14,230 nt of DNA from contig CAZECW010000037.1 in the NCBI GenBank assembly GCA_964510585.1, forward strand, positions 1-14,230, written 5' to 3'. Made by a program: the position numbers and the translations under genes. This DNA is from an uncultured archaeon. GTDB taxonomy: Archaea; Asgardarchaeota; Jordiarchaeia; Jordiarchaeales; Jordiarchaeaceae. Positions 14,093 to 14,230 of the stretch are shown here, in pieces (positions within the stretch are counted from its first letter, which is position 1; the number at the start of each line of letters is the position of its first letter). The notes under the pieces were generated by a model. The model saw only the letters and a program-made list of their open reading frames with translations. It searched no databases and had not been told where the DNA came from.

Positions 14093-14230
14093 TTGACACT
14101 CTCCGCGACTAAAGTCGGGAGATTCTTGCTTCTGGCTCATCGGGAGCCTTCGAAGCAATGGGTGTGCCATCACCCAGTTAACACGCCCTTCCCTCAAAGG
14201 GAACGGCGTCTATGTTGGCACCCTCATGGG
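14073..14230 (-). ncRNA. Candidate omegaRNA from copy 3, 5' part outside window (putative guide CTTATCTATCCCATCCCAAT)
   Basis: Reverse-complement match to the 3' ~138 nt of copies 1 and 2 with stems preserved. Confidence 0.5.
14093..14230 (-). mobile_element. Non-autonomous IS200/IS605-family mini element, copy 3 (inverted; left part outside window)
   Basis: The reverse complement ends GAATCTCCCGACTTTAGTCGCGGAGAGTGTCAA at 14093, identical to the copy 1 right end. Confidence 0.88.

Noticed and set aside
1-14230. CRISPR array, tRNA, rRNA, or tnpA/tnpB/iscB genes
   Set aside because: No regularly spaced short repeats, cloverleafs, HUH/Y1 motif or RuvC-type ORF were seen; the repeats are dispersed IS-type units.

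Overview
Archaeal-looking window (GGAGG/GGTGA ribosome-binding sites, BRE/TATA-type promoters, frequent TTG starts); the lineage cannot be assigned from sequence alone. The coding content is mostly redox and accessory metabolism: an Isf-AfpA flavoprotein pair, a GT2 glycosyltransferase, a divergent lipoate-protein ligase, a FAD oxidoreductase / CCG Fe-S protein / FAD oxidoreductase cluster, a second convergent CCG Fe-S protein, a nitrilase-family protein lacking its catalytic Lys, an alpha/beta hydrolase, a small membrane protein and a HEAT-repeat protein. The most notable signal is non-coding: three copies (1-206 +, 11173-11448 +, 14093-14230 -) of a ~276-bp element with no protein gene. It has IS608-like IS200/IS605 ends (TTAC target, AAAG plus hairpin on the left; GAAT plus hairpin plus TCAA on the right). 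Its interior is a candidate archaeal promoter followed by a ~195-nt, almost fully base-paired segment that runs to the right end. This fits a mobile, self-expressing TnpB-type omegaRNA cassette in which each insertion acquires a different guide from flanking DNA. No tnpA or tnpB is in the window, so the RNA-guided function is inference. Both window ends fall inside copies, which may reflect assembly breaks at the repeat.
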